A stretch of 64,000 bases of DNA from Candidatus Poribacteria bacterium (lineage in GTDB: Bacteria; Poribacteria; WGA-4E; PCPOR2b). The notes under the pieces were generated by a model. The model saw nothing but the letters and a program-made list of their open reading frames with translations, had not been told where the DNA came from and searched no databases. Position numbers and translations under genes: made by a program. The number at the start of each line of letters is the position of its first letter. The first letter of the stretch is position 1. The stretch spans positions 4,032,001 through 4,096,000 of the forward strand of contig OZ240245.1 in the NCBI GenBank assembly GCA_965198175.1, given 5' to 3'. This document shows, one piece after another, positions 61,469 through 64,000 of this stretch.

Positions 61469-62278
61469 ATGTTAGCTTGTTTCCTAATCGAGAACCTTCA
61501 AAATCACTTAAAAGACATCAAAGAAATGCTGGCAGTAGAAGTGCCTGCCTGTCTGCGGTGTGAAATCAAAAGCAACTCCATCTATTTAAATTTAGAGGTT
61601 TCTGAGATGACGGACGAAGCCGACGTATTCATCAGGCATTTACGCGGCGAGTTGAAAGGGATCTGTCCTGAAATCCGCGTCGGTGTCGCATCGTCCCGTT
61701 TCGCCAGTTTTGCCGCAGCGCAAAACGCAGCCCCGGATGAGCCGTGTGTCGTATCATCAGAGGAAACGACGGCGTTCATGGCAAATCAGAGCGTTTCGCT
61801 TCTGCCAATTGATGCCGAATTGCATAGGCGTCTGGACAGATTGGGGCTCTGCACCATGGGGCAGTTGGCAAACATCAAGAAGGCGGATCTAATCAGACAG
61901 TTTGGAAAGCAAGGCGTTATGATGTCAGAGTCAGGAAAGGGAGTTGACCCATCCCCGACCGCTTTCCATCGCCCGACAATAACCGATGACATCACTGCAC
62001 AGCAGCTGACGGTTTGGGGAGATGAGACGAAACTTAGCGTCTACTCCAAGCGCGTTTCGATACTGTCAAAAACAGTTGGCGGTATGGAGTTTCCGGAAGC
62101 AATTCGCCGCGGCGACGCATGGCTGTATTTTGACCGCGTGATTGATGTCTGGAAGCTGGAAGGGGACTGGTGGACAGAAAGCCCGCAACATCTGGTTTAC
62201 TTCAAGCTCTGCGCATCTGGACGTGAGCTAACGGTATGCCACGATCTTGCTAGTGATGTGTGGAGGCTATGCCGATAG
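61469..62278 (+). CDS. imuB: Short inactive Y-family polymerase (ImuB-like) with C-terminal DUF6504-like domain
   Basis: RVGVASSRFASFAAA, LLPI..RLDRLGLCTMGQLA..RQFG; C-terminal W....DWW....YF....V.HD....W.L; directly before dnaE2. Confidence 0.75.
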   Translation: MLACFLIENLQNHLKDIKEMLAVEVPACLRCEIKSNSIYLNLEVSEMTDEADVFIRHLRGELKGICPEIRVGVASSRFASFAAAQNAAPDEPCVVSSEETTAFMANQSVSLLPIDAELHRRLDRLGLCTMGQLANIKKADLIRQFGKQGVMMSESGKGVDPSPTAFHRPTITDDITAQQLTVWGDETKLSVYSKRVSILSKTVGGMEFPEAIRRGDAWLYFDRVIDVWKLEGDWWTESPQHLVYFKLCASGRELTVCHDLASDVWRLCR

Positions 62279-62284
62279 ATGGTT

Positions 62285-64000
62285 ATGGATTATGCGGAGC
62301 TCCACTGCCACAGCCACTATTCATTTCTGAACGGGACATCGTGCCCCGCGGTTCTCGCTGAGCGAGCGGCATGCCTTGGATTGAAGGGCTTGGCATTGAC
62401 AGACGACAATGCGCTTTACGGTGTTATTCCGTTCGTCAAGAAATGCAAGGATATTGGGCTTGAATACATAATTGGGTCTCTCATAACTGTGGGACACGCG
62501 AGAGGCAACTCCTACTCTAATGACAAGGTTCTGTTGCTGTGCGAGAATTCAATCGGCTACCAGAACCTTTCCCAGCTAATCACCCGTGCGCGAGGCGATG
62601 ATGTCAAGTCTGAACCGCGCGTGACAGTGGAGCAAATCGCCGAGTTGTCCGACGGGTTAATCTGTCTTATCGGAAAGAACAGCAGCGTCGCGGAACTGTT
62701 GCAAACCAATCGAATCGACTCCGCGCGAAAACGGCTGTACGAATATCATCATATCTTTGGGAATAGACGGCTTTATATCCAACTCGTTAACCACCTTGAG
62801 CCCGGCGATACCGGTCTTTGCAAGGCACTCTATCGCCTCGCGCAGGAAACGTCATTGGGCTGTGTAGCCTCGAACAGCGTTCGTTACGCAACCCAAGAGG
62901 AGGCGCGACTGCACCATGTGCTCCGCTGCATTGCCCATAAAACCCCGCTCGCAAAATCGGATTCAATTCGCGCAATCAACCACGAACGCTATCTCAAGTC
63001 TCCCCAAAAGATGCAGCTGCTATTCTCCGAAATCCCCGCCGCGCTGACCAATACTCGTGCAATCCTTGAACGATGCAATGTAGAGTTAGATTTTGCGCAA
63101 TATCGGTTTCCTGACTTTGGCCCCCCCGACGGTCAAGACACCGACTCATATTTGAACATGTTATGCGAGGAAGCCCTGTCCAAAAAATACGATTCGATAT
63201 CTGCTGAAATTCGCTCTAGGCTGCGAGAGGAGCTGACCCTTATCAGCCGCTTGAATCTTAGCGGATACTTCCTAATAGTGTGGGACATTGTTAAGTTTGC
63301 CCAATCCAAAAACATCCCGGCGCAGGGCCGCGGCTCTGCGGTGTGCTCGTTGGTTGCGTATCTGCTGGATATCACGACTGTCGATCCAGTCCGGCACAAT
63401 CTAGTGTTCGCCCGATTTCTCAACGAAGAGCGGTCGACGATTCCGGACATCGACTTGGACTTCGCCTCTGCGCGAGACACTCGCCTGCCCGACCGAGATG
63501 ATGTCCTCACCTATGTTGGGCGCAAATACGGCTTTGAGCACGTTGGATTAGCCTGCATGTTCATCACATTCGGCGCTAAGCGAGCGATTCGCGAGGTTGG
63601 CAAGGTCTTTGGCTATCCCAAGCCCCTTTTGGCGACGATGTCGCGCTTCACCGAAGGGCAAAGGAACCCAGAGCCGGCATTTCGCAAAGTTGAGGAGCTG
63701 CAAGAGTACGAGCACTATACCAAGAAAAAGAAGTGGCGGCATTTCCGAGAGCAGGTCGAGGCAGCAATCGGTACGCCGCGCCACATATCCATGCATCCGG
63801 GCGGGATGATAATCACTTCGTGCGCGCTCACGAAGCTGGTGCCGCTCGAGCCCACACGAATGCCGAACCGCCGAGTGTGCCAATGGGACAAAGACATGGT
63901 CGAAGATGCCGGGCTTATCAAAGTGGATTTGCTCGGCCTGGGCATGCTAGCCGTAGTCAGAGAATGCCTTAGATTGATTGCCGATGCCTACAATATCAAA
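62285..64000 (+). CDS. dnaE2: Error-prone DNA polymerase III alpha (runs off window)
   Basis: YAELHCHSHYSFLNG, degenerate PHP, QGRGSA, PDIDLDF, PRHISMHPGG, QWDKDMVEDAGLIKVDLLGLGML; absent from ORF track because it has no stop in the window. Confidence 0.93.
   Translation, partial: MDYAELHCHSHYSFLNGTSCPAVLAERAACLGLKGLALTDDNALYGVIPFVKKCKDIGLEYIIGSLITVGHARGNSYSNDKVLLLCENSIGYQNLSQLITRARGDDVKSEPRVTVEQIAELSDGLICLIGKNSSVAELLQTNRIDSARKRLYEYHHIFGNRRLYIQLVNHLEPGDTGLCKALYRLAQETSLGCVASNSVRYATQEEARLHHVLRCIAHKTPLAKSDSIRAINHERYLKSPQKMQLLFSEIPAALTNTRAILERCNVELDFAQYRFPDFGPPDGQDTDSYLNMLCEEALSKKYDSISAEIRSRLREELTLISRLNLSGYFLIVWDIVKFAQSKNIPAQGRGSAVCSLVAYLLDITTVDPVRHNLVFARFLNEERSTIPDIDLDFASARDTRLPDRDDVLTYVGRKYGFEHVGLACMFITFGAKRAIREVGKVFGYPKPLLATMSRFTEGQRNPEPAFRKVEELQEYEHYTKKKKWRHFREQVEAAIGTPRHISMHPGGMIITSCALTKLVPLEPTRMPNRRVCQWDKDMVEDAGLIKVDLLGLGMLAVVRECLRLIADAYNIK

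Noticed and set aside
62787..63972. ORF-track entries in the last 1.3 kb
   Set aside because: All are alternate-frame shadows of dnaE2

Overview
Bacterial chromosomal window of about 50% GC. The gene repertoire (Gfo/Idh/MocA and MDR dehydrogenases, LamG, VIT/VWA and large propeller proteins) resembles Candidatus Poribacteria, but that taxonomy is inference only. 1-32 kb is mostly housekeeping or metabolic: oxidoreductases, ABC permeases, korAB with two CBS proteins, smpB-ssrA, thiDE, pcm, rnpB and a VIT-VWA protein, plus a small AT-richer accessory patch at about 11.8-15.5 kb. 32.8-56 kb is a rearranged metal-homeostasis island. It holds an IS5-family element, an uptake operon (DUF2946-like RAPP leader, His-rich lipoprotein, deleted MerC-like gene, ABC-ATPase stump fused to a TonB-dependent receptor), a giant beta-propeller plus DUF4159 pair, a czcCBA-like efflux operon with its own Cys/His leader protein, a triply inactivated restriction-modification cassette and two REPIN-like repeats. 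56-61 kb is largely pseudogenes. The window ends in an imuB-like/dnaE2 mutagenesis cassette. Best candidate for a new system: metal import and export operons that each begin with a small exported CxxC leader protein (one ending in the RAPP arrest motif, the other in LRTTTLLI), with no metalloregulator gene nearby, suggesting paired translation-coupled metal sensing. All family calls come from motif recognition; no database searches were run.
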